A stretch of 32,000 nt of DNA from Microcystis aeruginosa NIES-843 (GTDB lineage Bacteria; Cyanobacteriota; Cyanobacteriia; Cyanobacteriales; Microcystaceae). Of the stretch, positions 1-7,493 are shown one piece after another (the stretch's first letter is position 1; every line of letters starts with the position of its first letter). Position numbers and translations under genes: made by a program. The stretch covers positions 660,001 through 692,000 of the forward strand of contig NC_010296.1 of NCBI RefSeq assembly GCF_000010625.1, written 5' to 3'. The notes under the pieces are model-generated. The model searched no databases, had not been told where the DNA came from, and saw nothing but the letters and a program-made list of their open reading frames with translations.

Positions 1-632
1 AGATAGGCTTCCTCTTCATCATTTGCTTTAGTATTTTCAACATATACTAATCCATGATTAAAATTCACCTGTCCATTATCTACTTTCAAAACCAAACTCT
101 TGTTTATCGATTGAATAGATGCAGAAAAATCAGAATCGTAAAGTTCTGAAGCAATTCTTCTTGTGATTAGCTCTGACCACTTTTTACTCTCTAATTGTAG
201 TTCGGAACGTACAATTAAATCTCGATATCTCAATCCAACTCTTGTGTAAAAAGATGGTTTATATATTCTTTCAAAAATTGTAACTGCGAACTCCAATTTT
301 TCCCTGAAATATTCGTATCTTTCGTATGCAGATGTCGTGAGCGCAATCAAATCTTTATCAACAGCTAACTTCCATTTTTGATCTTCTGATTTAAAAATAT
401 AGGCACTATTGTTAGGTAGCGGCAAATTAAATTGTTGAACGACCTTGGCAATTTCAGGAGGTATCTGTGGTTGAGTACGTTCAAAAAGTGGATATTGAAA
501 TCTGATCTCATCTTGAAATTCAACAGGTTCTTGATGAGATATTTTTAATATAGGTGGAAAGGTCAATTGACAAACCACCTCGAATAATGGATTGTACTCG
601 TAAATGACACGATCAAACTCTGGTAGTTTCAT
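1..632 (-). CDS. TIGR04255-like conserved hypothetical protein, N-terminal ~210 codons only (gene runs off the window start)
   Basis: Absent from the ORF track because it is open at the window edge. Reverse-strand ATG at 630-632, then an uninterrupted frame to position 1 (MKLPEFDRVIYEYNPLFEVVCQLTFPPILKI...YTRVGLRYRDLIV...). The N-terminal NPL-EV-CQL-F and GLRY motifs recall the TIGR04255 family from memory. Confidence 0.6.
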   Translation of the reverse strand, partial: MKLPEFDRVIYEYNPLFEVVCQLTFPPILKISHQEPVEFQDEIRFQYPLFERTQPQIPPEIAKVVQQFNLPLPNNSAYIFKSEDQKWKLAVDKDLIALTTSAYERYEYFREKLEFAVTIFERIYKPSFYTRVGLRYRDLIVRSELQLESKKWSELITRRIASELYDSDFSASIQSINKSLVLKVDNGQVNFNHGLVYVENTKANDEEEAY

Positions 633-1132
633 TGACTCATGCTAATCTATGTAATGCTTGCATGGCAATTATACCATAAAACGACAACGATTGACAATAT
701 TTAGTAATATTTTAATAAAATGGCAGCGGTTTCGCCTGTATTATATCTATCTTTACACAAATAAACCCAAATAATTTTTTACATCTAATTGTCTGAATAT
801 TTAAAAATCAATATTTAAAATATATTAAAAAAGTCGAATAAAAATTGAAAAGACGACTTGTGCTATAAAAACTCAAAAGGGATGATAGTGTCGAGTTTTC
901 CGATAGGTTGGGAAAAACGATTACTGTTGTCACCATGGCCGAAAATTCCCTCCGTTTCCCCACCCACGAGGATCGACCTTGACCCTACAGGACTGATATT
1001 TTCCCATCTTTAGCAGAATATCGGCATCTAGAAGAGGGTGCGATCGCACGGCAGTTATAGTTGAGAGGGTGTGTTACACTAGCCTTAAGGCACTGTGTAG
1101 GCCGTAATCGAATTACTTCTCAACAATCCATT

Positions 1133-1381
1133 ATGATAAAAAATCTACGAGTTAGTTATGATGGAATGGTTTTCCGTCCCGAAGAAAAGATTGAATTAGA
1201 ACCCAATACCCATTACATCATCCAAATTATTTCTCGGGAAGATCCACTAGAAAATAACCATAAAAATGCTTGGGAACTGTTAGAAGAAATGGCTGGCACC
1301 TATGAAGCTCCAGAAGATTGGTCAAGGGAACACGATCATTATTTATATGATACTCCCAAAAGAAATATAAGCGATGAATAA
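1133..1381 (+). CDS. Small antitoxin-family protein (DUF104/AF2212-like), partner of the downstream PIN gene
   Basis: The tracked ORF 1061..1381 starts at a TTG. The internal ATG at 1133 gives MIKNLRVSYDGMVFRPEEKIELEPNTHYIIQI, typical of this antitoxin family. Its 3' end overlaps the PIN gene start by 8 nt. Confidence 0.65.
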   Translation: MIKNLRVSYDGMVFRPEEKIELEPNTHYIIQIISREDPLENNHKNAWELLEEMAGTYEAPEDWSREHDHYLYDTPKRNISDE

Positions 1382-1784
1382 GTCCAAACTTTTTTTAGAT
1401 ACGGTCTTTATCCAAGCAATTCTCAATCCTCATGATCAATATCATCAAATTGCTATGCAGTTCCTCCCCTATGTAAAAAATGCAACAGCAGTTTGGGTTA
1501 CTGAAGCCATTTTTATGGAGGTTGGTAATGCTCTTAGTCATTACAATCGTCCTAAGGTTTCTGCCTTTATCAAGCAATGCTATCAAACCGATAATTTATT
1601 CGTTGTTACTATCACTTCTACTCTTTTTCAAAAAGGCTTAAAGCTCTACGAATCAAGAGCTGATAAAAGCTGGGGATTAGTAGATTGTTTTTCTTTTATT
1701 GTTATGGAAGAAAATCAAATTACCGACGCTTTAACTTCAGATGTTCATTTTATTCAAGCAGGTTTTCAAGCTTTACTACGATAA
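1374..1784 (+). CDS. PIN-domain toxin (VapC-like)
   Basis: 136 aa. N-terminal LFLDTVFIQAIL with the acidic D, a mid EA...EV motif and C-terminal TSDVHF. Overlaps the upstream antitoxin, consistent with translational coupling. Confidence 0.7.
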   Translation: MNKSKLFLDTVFIQAILNPHDQYHQIAMQFLPYVKNATAVWVTEAIFMEVGNALSHYNRPKVSAFIKQCYQTDNLFVVTITSTLFQKGLKLYESRADKSWGLVDCFSFIVMEENQITDALTSDVHFIQAGFQALLR

Positions 1785-1814
1785 TTAATTAGCGATCACC
1801 ATTTAGTTAAAGAT

Positions 1815-2033
1815 ATAATTTTACGGCAAGCGCGAAGATGAAAGGACTTTCTAGGCCGATAATTTCTCGATTCTAACCGATCGAAGCCCGGAAGGTGTAG
1901 GCGAACCGAAAACCCTCTCCATTAAGGACCCGTGTTAAAATCGTTAATCATGCTATTGTCTAGAAGCGACCTATGCCGAACTTAACCTTAAGCAATGAAC
2001 AAGTTATCGACTTATTCAAACAACTCCCCGAAG
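1815..2033. repeat. 219-bp block (about 158 bp upstream region plus the first 20 codons of antitoxin 1973..2212), copy 1 of 2
   Basis: Aligns by eye, base for base with a handful of substitutions, to 3734-3952 (ataattttacggcaagcgcgaagatgaaaggactttctaggccgataatttctcg...caactccccgaag). Confidence 0.9.
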
Positions 2034-2212
2034 ACCAGAAACGGGAAGTTTATAAAATTCTCATTCTCAGTCAGTGGAGACAGTTGGAACCAGTATTTAA
2101 TGAAGGAGCAGAAAGAGCTAGAATCGTAGCCAAAGAACGCGGCTATGATTGGGATACCATGACGGAAGACGAGAGAGAAGAATTTATCGATGAAATCGTT
2201 CACGAAAAATAG
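1973..2212 (+). CDS. Putative antitoxin (small acidic protein coupled to the PIN gene)
   Basis: 79-aa ORF. Its TAG stop overlaps the GTG start of the downstream PIN gene (TAGTG). The antitoxin assignment rests on context only. Confidence 0.5.
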   Translation: MPNLTLSNEQVIDLFKQLPEDQKREVYKILILSQWRQLEPVFNEGAERARIVAKERGYDWDTMTEDEREEFIDEIVHEK

Positions 2213-2640
2213 TGACCTATGTAGTTGTTTTTGATACAAATATATTAATCTCTGCTTGGCTGTCTAAAAACAGCCCTACATTTTCCTGTTTATCGTTAGC
2301 GAAGACGGGATCGGTATCTTCAGTAACTTGCCAAGAGATTTTAGACGAATTATCCGAAAAACTCCAGCAGAAATTTCAAATATCTGAACGGGGACTTAGA
2401 GAATATATCGCGGAAATTCGTCAATTTTCTAGCCTTGTTCCGATAACAAGACAACTGAGAGCGGTTCCCAACGATCCCGATGACGATATGATCATAGAAT
2501 GTGCGATTGTTGGCAAGGCTACCCATATTATCACGGGGGACAAACATCTTCTTTCACTGGTTGAATATCAAAATATTCAGATCGTGAAAGCAAAAGATTT
2601 TCTGGACTTTTTAGATCAAAATAATAACCATCAATTATGA
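2212..2640 (+). CDS. PIN-family toxin (TIGR00305-like putative toxin component)
   Basis: 142 aa: VVVFDTNILISAWLSKN...DDDMIIECAIVGKATHIITGDKHLL, the typical PIN acidic-residue pattern. Confidence 0.7.
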   Translation: MTYVVVFDTNILISAWLSKNSPTFSCLSLAKTGSVSSVTCQEILDELSEKLQQKFQISERGLREYIAEIRQFSSLVPITRQLRAVPNDPDDDMIIECAIVGKATHIITGDKHLLSLVEYQNIQIVKAKDFLDFLDQNNNHQL

Positions 2641-2827
2641 ACTTTACTCAATGGGATTTTATTAAAAGATATTCGCGAAGCAAGATTATCCGCAGGAGAC
2701 GTGGGAACCTTGGTAGAAAAACATCAAATCGAGGGATTAGAAAGGGGTTATAGTGTCGAGTTTTCCGATAGGTTGAGAAAAACGATCGCCCTACCAAAGA
2801 CGTTGAATACCGTACCGATCTAAAATA

Positions 2828-2964
2828 AGACCTCTTGCAAAAGTCTTAAGTCGATCCTTGTACAGCAACATTTTTGAAGATTATCAACTACTAATAAATA
2901 ATTAACTGAAAGTCCTTCCCATTATTGTTTCTATCGTTTGTTTTCGGATTTATGCAAGAGGTCT
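2828..2964. mobile_element. 137-bp MITE whose ends match those of the IS5-superfamily element at 19426-20643
   Basis: The ends agacctcttgcaaaag ... tatgcaagaggtct are inverted repeats and match the IS termini (agacctcttgcata / tttgcaagagttct). A 3-bp direct repeat ATA flanks it (2825-2827 and 2965-2967). Confidence 0.8.
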
Positions 2965-3239
2965 ATAGTATCTACACTAATAATCGGAATATTTTCAACA
3001 ATGGCTTGAGCTACCAGAAGGCGATCAAAGGGGTCTTTATGATAAAAAGGAAGGGTGATCAGCGCATCCGTATGTTCTGGTGTGATGGCAAGGATATTAA
3101 ATTGATATTGATTAAGGCATACGTCGATAAAATCTTTGTAAGATTGATGTAAAATGAGTTTACCGATACTGATTTTGATGGCGATTTCCCAATAGGATGC
3201 TGGGCTGATTAATATTTCGTTATTTTGGTTAATAATTAG

Positions 3240-3425
3240 GGTTCTTCGTTACTTGGTATGGTTCAATAGGGGGGCATAAATCGACTAAATCCTTATCTGG
3301 CAAGAGACTTAATTGATTAGTTCGCTCTAGATCGAAAACAATTGACATAAATCCCCGAATGTCTTTCTATATAAGAGTTTCATTCCTTGTAACCCTGTCC
3401 GTTGCATAAGACAAACCGAAGAACC
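3240..3425. mobile_element. 186-bp MITE, copy 1 (inverted relative to the copy at 11587-11774)
   Basis: Terminal inverted repeats ggttcttcg...cgaagaacc. 8-bp TSD ataattag at 3232-3239 and 3426-3433. The reverse complement of 11587-11774 aligns along the full length. Confidence 0.85.
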
Positions 3426-3507
3426 ATAATTAGTTGATGGGCGGCGCTACTTAGTGGGGATTCGTTGAGTGTGTACCAAAGCAGAGTATGGGTATCGATT
3501 AGACATT

Positions 3508-3735
3508 TCAATGCAGATACTCCGCGAAGTCTTGTAAGTGTTCTTCATCATCGGCCACGATGGTAATCATTCCTTTACATAGGCCAGGCCCCGGACGTTG
3601 GGGAGATGTGGGGGTTTGCCCGATTAATTTGGCTAGTGGGAGATTATTATCGGTAATCAACAATTCTTCCCCCGGTTTGAGATTGTATATCAGTTCGGGC
3701 AGTTTGGCTTGAGCTTCTTGGAGAGAGACAATCAT
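3508..3735 (-). CDS. Phd/YefM-like antitoxin, now orphaned beside the disrupted vapC
   Basis: 75 aa: MIVSLQEAQAKLPELIYNLKPGEELLITDNNLPLAKLI...ITIVADDEEHLQDFAEYL. The stop overlaps the vapC TTG start. Confidence 0.65.
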   Translation of the reverse strand: MIVSLQEAQAKLPELIYNLKPGEELLITDNNLPLAKLIGQTPTSPQRPGPGLCKGMITIVADDEEHLQDFAEYLH

Positions 3736-3952
3736 AATTTTACGGCAAGCGCGAAGATGAAAGGACTTTCTAGGCCGATAATTTCTCGATTCTAACCGAT
3801 CGAAGCCCGGAAGGTGTAGGCGAACCGAAAACCTTCTCCATTAAGGACCGGTGTTAAACTGATTAATCATGCTGGTGTCTAGAATTGACCTATGCCGAAC
3901 TTAACCTTAAGCAACGAACAAGTTATCGACTTATTCAAACAACTCCCCGAAG
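3734..3952. repeat. 219-bp block, copy 2 of 2 (duplicate of 1815-2033)
   Basis: Same sequence as copy 1. Here the 20-codon antitoxin 5' end (MPNLTLSNEQVIDLFKQLPE) runs into A-stop at the breakpoint after ccccgaag. Confidence 0.9.
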
Positions 3953-3962
3953 CATAGCAAGA

Positions 3963-4202
3963 ATGAGCCTTAATAATATGAGCAAAATTTCGATCGAAGT
4001 CAGTCCCGAAGCGGCAGAAGTCTATCAATCCGCATCCCCGGAGGAACAAGAACGCGTCCGGGTTCTTGTCGATTTGCTAATTAGAAAGCCAGTTAACAGC
4101 GATATCGATTTCTTGAGAAAACTAATGGACGAAATTAGTGATGAGGCGGAAGCTAGAGGATTAACCCCCGAAATTTTAGAATCTTTACTAAATGAGCCTT
4201 GA
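3963..4202 (+). CDS. Putative antitoxin (start uncertain; the tracked ORF begins at TTG 3885 inside the duplicated block)
   Basis: MSLNNMSKISIEVSPEAAEVYQSASPEEQERVRVLVDLL... Its 3' end overlaps the next PIN-like ORF start by 11 nt (that ORF starts at ATG 4192; stop TGA at 4200-4202). Confidence 0.5.
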   Translation: MSLNNMSKISIEVSPEAAEVYQSASPEEQERVRVLVDLLIRKPVNSDIDFLRKLMDEISDEAEARGLTPEILESLLNEP

Positions 4203-4392
4203 ATATTCTTTTATTCTCGATACCAACGTTTTAGTAAGCGCGCTTCTGTCGAAAAACGGCAAAGCTCGTCAGGCATTAGACAAAGCCCAAAATATCGGCA
4301 AGCTTTTAATGTCCGAATCTACTTTGTTAGAATTGATCACTGTTTTCAATCGTCCCAAATTCGATATTACACAGGAGCATATTTTACCATGA
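4192..4392 (+). pseudogene. Truncated PIN toxin (N-terminal 66 aa only)
   Basis: MSLEYSFILDTNVLVSALLSKNGKA... parallels the N-terminus of the 142-aa PIN at 2212..2640. It stops at 66 aa, overlapping (ATGA) the start of the next cassette. Confidence 0.6.
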
Positions 4393-4712
4393 ATATTACC
4401 TTAAATCCCGAATTAGAACAGTTAATTAACTCTCAATTATCGACAGGGAAATATAATAGCGTTGAAGATTTATTGAAAGACGCTTTGTTAAATTTAGCGG
4501 ACAAACAAAACCGTCAGGCTTTAAGCAAAAAAGTTAAAGAACTCTTCGATAAAACTCAATCCTTACCCGGCGTTCAGGATATTACCGAAGAAGAGATCGC
4601 CGAAGAAATTGAAGCGTACCGAAGAGAGGGCTTAAAAGAAAAATGGGCTAAATGGTTTCAAGAAGTTGAAGAAATGGAATTTCCTGCCTCTGAAATTAGT
4701 GAAAAGGACTAG
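4389..4712 (+). CDS. ParD/RHH-type antitoxin-like protein
   Basis: MNITLNPELEQLINSQLSTGKYNSVEDLLKDALLNL resembles the ParD (COG3609-type) N-terminus. Lies upstream of a PIN gene. Confidence 0.6.
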   Translation: MNITLNPELEQLINSQLSTGKYNSVEDLLKDALLNLADKQNRQALSKKVKELFDKTQSLPGVQDITEEEIAEEIEAYRREGLKEKWAKWFQEVEEMEFPASEISEKD

Positions 4713-4756
4713 GAAAATCTTTTGATGGATAAATATAAACAACAGGGATTGATCCT

Positions 4757-5137
4757 ATGATCCTGTGCGATACTGCCCCTTTATTCTGTTCGGTAGATAA
4801 ATCTCAGCCACGACATCAAGCAGTTAAAATTTTTATCGAGAATGAGTCCTCTTATCTAATAACAACTTGGGCTTGTTTTACCGAATCCATGTATCTCTGC
4901 TTGCAACGTGGGGGATGGTCGATGCAAGCTCAACTCGGTAAATTGCTATTGAAGAAAATGGTACGGTTAGCCTCGATCGAAGAAAAAGATTATCCTCGAT
5001 TACTGTCACTGATGGAAAAATATAAAGATCGCCCAATGGATTTAGCTGATGCGACTTTAGTCGTAACGGCTGAGAATTTAAAAATCAAACGAATTTTAAC
5101 CTTCGATTCCGATTTTTTCTCGGTCAGCATCATTTAA
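4757..5137 (+). CDS. PIN-domain toxin (VapC-like)
   Basis: 126 aa: MILCDTAPL...DLADATLVVTAENLKIKRILTFDSDF. Confidence 0.65.
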   Translation: MILCDTAPLFCSVDKSQPRHQAVKIFIENESSYLITTWACFTESMYLCLQRGGWSMQAQLGKLLLKKMVRLASIEEKDYPRLLSLMEKYKDRPMDLADATLVVTAENLKIKRILTFDSDFFSVSII

Positions 5138-5270
5138 TCTGGTCATTGTCCTTGCCTCTGTTGATCAATTTCTTCTTCCTTTATATCCTGTTTTCAGTAT
5201 TTCTGCAAAACTGAGATGCCCTCTCAGAAAATCGGGGCAGATTTTTTTTTTGCTACTCCTTATCATTCTT

Positions 5271-5414
5271 GGTAGAGGGGGATTAAACGAGCATAATAAG
5301 GGACTCTTAAGACAATTCTTGCCCAAGAAGACGAATTTTAAAATCCTGAAGCCAAAGGAGGTAGAAAGAGCCGTAAACTTAATTAACAATCGAGGTGGCT
5401 CCATAACAGCTTAA
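5271..5414 (+). pseudogene. IS30-family transposase C-terminal remnant
   Basis: The plus frame reads GRGGLNEHNKGLLRQFLPKKTNFKILKPKEVERAVNLINNR. This parallels the conserved IS30 C-terminus (RGtNENtNGLLRQyfPKgtdls...eel..v...lNnRPRK). No upstream catalytic region is present. Confidence 0.55.
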
Positions 5415-5421
5415 GCTAGAG

Positions 5422-5874
5422 CTAGTAAATATAAATAGCACCCTGTTGATTGATGTTAAAGGTGGTATAACCGGGGGTACTCCCCGGAACTTTGGTGACA
5501 GTAATCGTGACTAAATTATCATCATTGACCTCTACGGCATAGATTAAACTAGAAGAATAGGGATCTGCGGCGGCATTAGCCCGATTAATCAGAATATATG
5601 CTGGAATTACCAAACCTCTTAGGTTTGTCTCCGTACCTGGAGATAATAATTGGGGAGAGGAATTAATATTGGCCGATAAGTCATAATTGAGGTCAATATC
5701 GGTTTGATTGATGATTTTAATCTCCACGGGACGACTCGTATTCACCCTAGCAACAGGCTGCCAAGGACCGGGTTGAAAGGTGGTAGCGGGGGGATTTTGA
5801 GCGGGTAGAGAGGAGGGAAAAGCTAATCCCAGACTGAAGACGAGGGAAAGAGTTAAAAAGCGATCGCATTTCAT
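5422..5874 (-). CDS. Secreted hypothetical protein (signal peptide)
   Basis: The tracked ORF is 5422..5901. The internal start gives MKCDRFLTLSLVFSLGLAFPSSLPAQ, a signal-peptide-like N-terminus. No recognisable domain. Confidence 0.6.
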   Translation of the reverse strand: MKCDRFLTLSLVFSLGLAFPSSLPAQNPPATTFQPGPWQPVARVNTSRPVEIKIINQTDIDLNYDLSANINSSPQLLSPGTETNLRGLVIPAYILINRANAAADPYSSSLIYAVEVNDDNLVTITVTKVPGSTPGYTTFNINQQGAIYIY

Positions 5875-6105
5875 AAATAAATCCTGGTCTAGGGTGTTCA
5901 TCCTATTTTAGGAAGGTATCTCCAATGTTTTATACTTGAGTAGAAGCTTTTGAAATTGTCTATAGCGGTGAGTCATCAGCTATCGGGGGAAGATCCTAAG
6001 CTTCCCTGATTTTGCTCTATAAACAAGGCTAAATACACCTTTTTTTCTCTAGAAGTTTCCCTAGTAACCCCTATCAACGGTTTAATTTAGGTTGAGATTG
6101 ATTAT

Positions 6106-6957
6106 ATGCCTACCATCGACATATCGGGAGTATCCCACAGTTACGAGTTATTTTCGCCCCGAGCAGATAAACCGGTTTTAGTCTTTATACACGGTTGGCT
6201 GCTGAGTCGTCACTACTGGCAGCCTTTGGTAGATATTCTCTCCTCGGATTATCCCTGTCTAGTCTATGATCTCCGGGGCTTTGGCGACTCCCAAAAAATC
6301 ACCTCTAACAGTCCTCCTAGCAGTTATAACCTTGAATCCTACTCCCAAGACGTTATTACCCTTCTTAACCGCTTAAACCTCGATGCTGCTTGGTTAGTTG
6401 GTCATTCCCTCGGTGGTAGTGTTGCTTTGTGGGCCGCAGATAGCTGCCCTGAACGGATTAAAGGGGTAATCTGTATGAATGCCGGCGGTGGCATCTATCT
6501 AAAGGAGGAATTTGAGCGATTTCGGGAAGCCGGAAGACAGATTTTAGAGAGAAGACCGCCTTGGTTGCCCCGTGTTCCCTTTATTGATGTTTTATTCTCG
6601 CGGATGATGGTCAAGCAAACCCTAGGTAAAAAATGGGGCAAACAGCGCGTGATTGATTTTGTCCGGGCCGATTACCAAGCGGCCCTAGGGTCACTTTTGG
6701 AAACCACCACTATCAGCGAAGTTCATCTTTTACCCCAGATTGTCTCCCGTCTCCCGCAACCGGTCTATTTTCTGGCGGGGAAAGAGGATACGATTATGGA
6801 AGTTAAGTACGTTAACCATCTGGCCAGTTTTCATCCTTTGTTTGAAACTGGCAGCAACGTCATTGAGTTATCCGATTGTGGTCATTTTGCTATGCTGGAA
6901 CAAACAGCAGCGGTGGCCCAAAAGATGATGGCTATTTTACATCAGCATCGCAGTTAG
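6106..6957 (+). CDS. Alpha/beta-fold hydrolase
   Basis: 283 aa: VLVFIHGWLLS, nucleophile elbow GHSLGG, C-terminal CGHFAMLE. Confidence 0.8.
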   Translation: MPTIDISGVSHSYELFSPRADKPVLVFIHGWLLSRHYWQPLVDILSSDYPCLVYDLRGFGDSQKITSNSPPSSYNLESYSQDVITLLNRLNLDAAWLVGHSLGGSVALWAADSCPERIKGVICMNAGGGIYLKEEFERFREAGRQILERRPPWLPRVPFIDVLFSRMMVKQTLGKKWGKQRVIDFVRADYQAALGSLLETTTISEVHLLPQIVSRLPQPVYFLAGKEDTIMEVKYVNHLASFHPLFETGSNVIELSDCGHFAMLEQTAAVAQKMMAILHQHRS

Positions 6958-7025
6958 AACCTTTAGGTAAGCGCATTCTTGAACTTTTTCAACAGTTTCT
7001 TAACTCCACCAACAGTGAACTAATA

Positions 7026-7168
7026 CTAAATCCGTTGAGTATAGGCTACTTAAGTAGGTAGGCACAATTATTTGTAGGATGGGTTAGCGGTAGCGTAACC
7101 CATGCGGGCGTTGGGTTTCATGCTTCAACCCAACCTACGTTCTAAATCCGTTGAGTATAGGCTACTTA
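7026..7168. repeat. 27-bp direct repeats flanking a small double-hairpin palindromic element
   Basis: ctaaatccgttgagtataggctactta occurs at 7026-7052 and 7142-7168. Between them lies gtaggatgggttagcggtagcgtaacccat...gttgggtttcatgcttcaacccaacctac, with ends GTAGGATGGGTT / AACCCAACCTAC. Confidence 0.85.
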
Positions 7169-7405
7169 TGAAGACAGGCAAAAGGCACTCATGCAAAAGG
7201 CAAAAGTGGAAATAAATAATCAGTCTTTAATAACTGGATTTAGTGTAAAAACTCAAATCTGATCCCCGATAGCTGTCTGGGAGTCTCCTACTTAGGGTTG
7301 GCTGAATAAATGTGAAATATAGACGAGGTAAGGGTTTTAGATGCCTGTTTCGCTCCCACAGGTGCAAGATTTTGAGAGAATCGTGGTTCAAAACCTTGCA
7401 TCTTC

Positions 7406-7472
7406 GGGGCGAAGCATTTCGGATAGGAAATCTACGGTTTCAGCGATAGGTTATGCCCGAATGCTTCGCCCC
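7406..7472. repeat. 67-bp long-stem palindromic element, copy 1 (3' of the minus-strand gene ending at 7494)
   Basis: ggggcgaagcatttcgg ... ccgaatgcttcgcccc forms a ~16-bp stem. The same element, with its loop inverted, occurs at 24139-24204. Confidence 0.85.
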
Positions 7473-7493
7473 TACTTTTTCAGCAAACTCTAA

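Larger units (their letters stand above)
2791..3511 (-). pseudogene. vapC: vapC (PIN toxin) interrupted by two unrelated MITE insertions
   Basis: Minus-strand TTG at 3511 overlaps the antitoxin stop (ATTGA). The frame reads LKCLIDTHTLLWYTLNESPLSSAAHQLI, then a 186-bp MITE, then INQNNEILISPASYWEIAIKISIGKL...DPFDRLLVAQAIVENIPIISVDT, then a 137-bp MITE, then ILDRYGIQRLW with the stop at 2791-2793. Deleting each insert plus one TSD copy restores a 128-codon PIN frame. Confidence 0.85.

Noticed and set aside
1815-1972. The non-coding part of the 219-bp duplicated block as a known ncRNA (SRP, 6S, tracrRNA-like)
   Set aside because: I found no convincing conserved motifs or extended helices of those families by eye. 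It is kept only as an unexplained duplicated 5' module.
1395-2547. Minus-strand ORFs 1395..1586, 2012..2239 and 2350..2547
   Set aside because: They are antisense shadows of AT-rich TA genes and have no independent support.
2641-2823. In-frame continuation after the PIN TGA stop (TLLNGILLKDIREARLSAGDVGTLVEKHQIEGLERGYSVEFSDRLRKTIAL...) that vaguely resembles an XRE-type HTH. Its 3' ~40 nt (atagtgtcgagttttccgataggttg.gaaaaacgat) recurs at about 886-925.
   Set aside because: There is no ATG start in that frame (only internal GTG/TTG codons), and the HTH resemblance is impressionistic. It could be a gene remnant or a readthrough extension, but I cannot support either from sequence alone. The shared 40-mer is real but unexplained.
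2925-3152. Plus-strand 75-aa ORF
   Set aside because: It lies antisense to the reconstructable vapC frame and starts inside the 137-bp MITE. It has no motif.
5165-5404. Minus-strand 79-aa ORF
   Set aside because: The opposite strand carries the recognisable IS30 C-terminal relic, and this ORF has no features of its own.
6740-7061. ORFs 6740..6928 and 6876..7061
   Set aside because: They are alternative frames within or just past the alpha/beta hydrolase gene, and the second runs into the repeat region.
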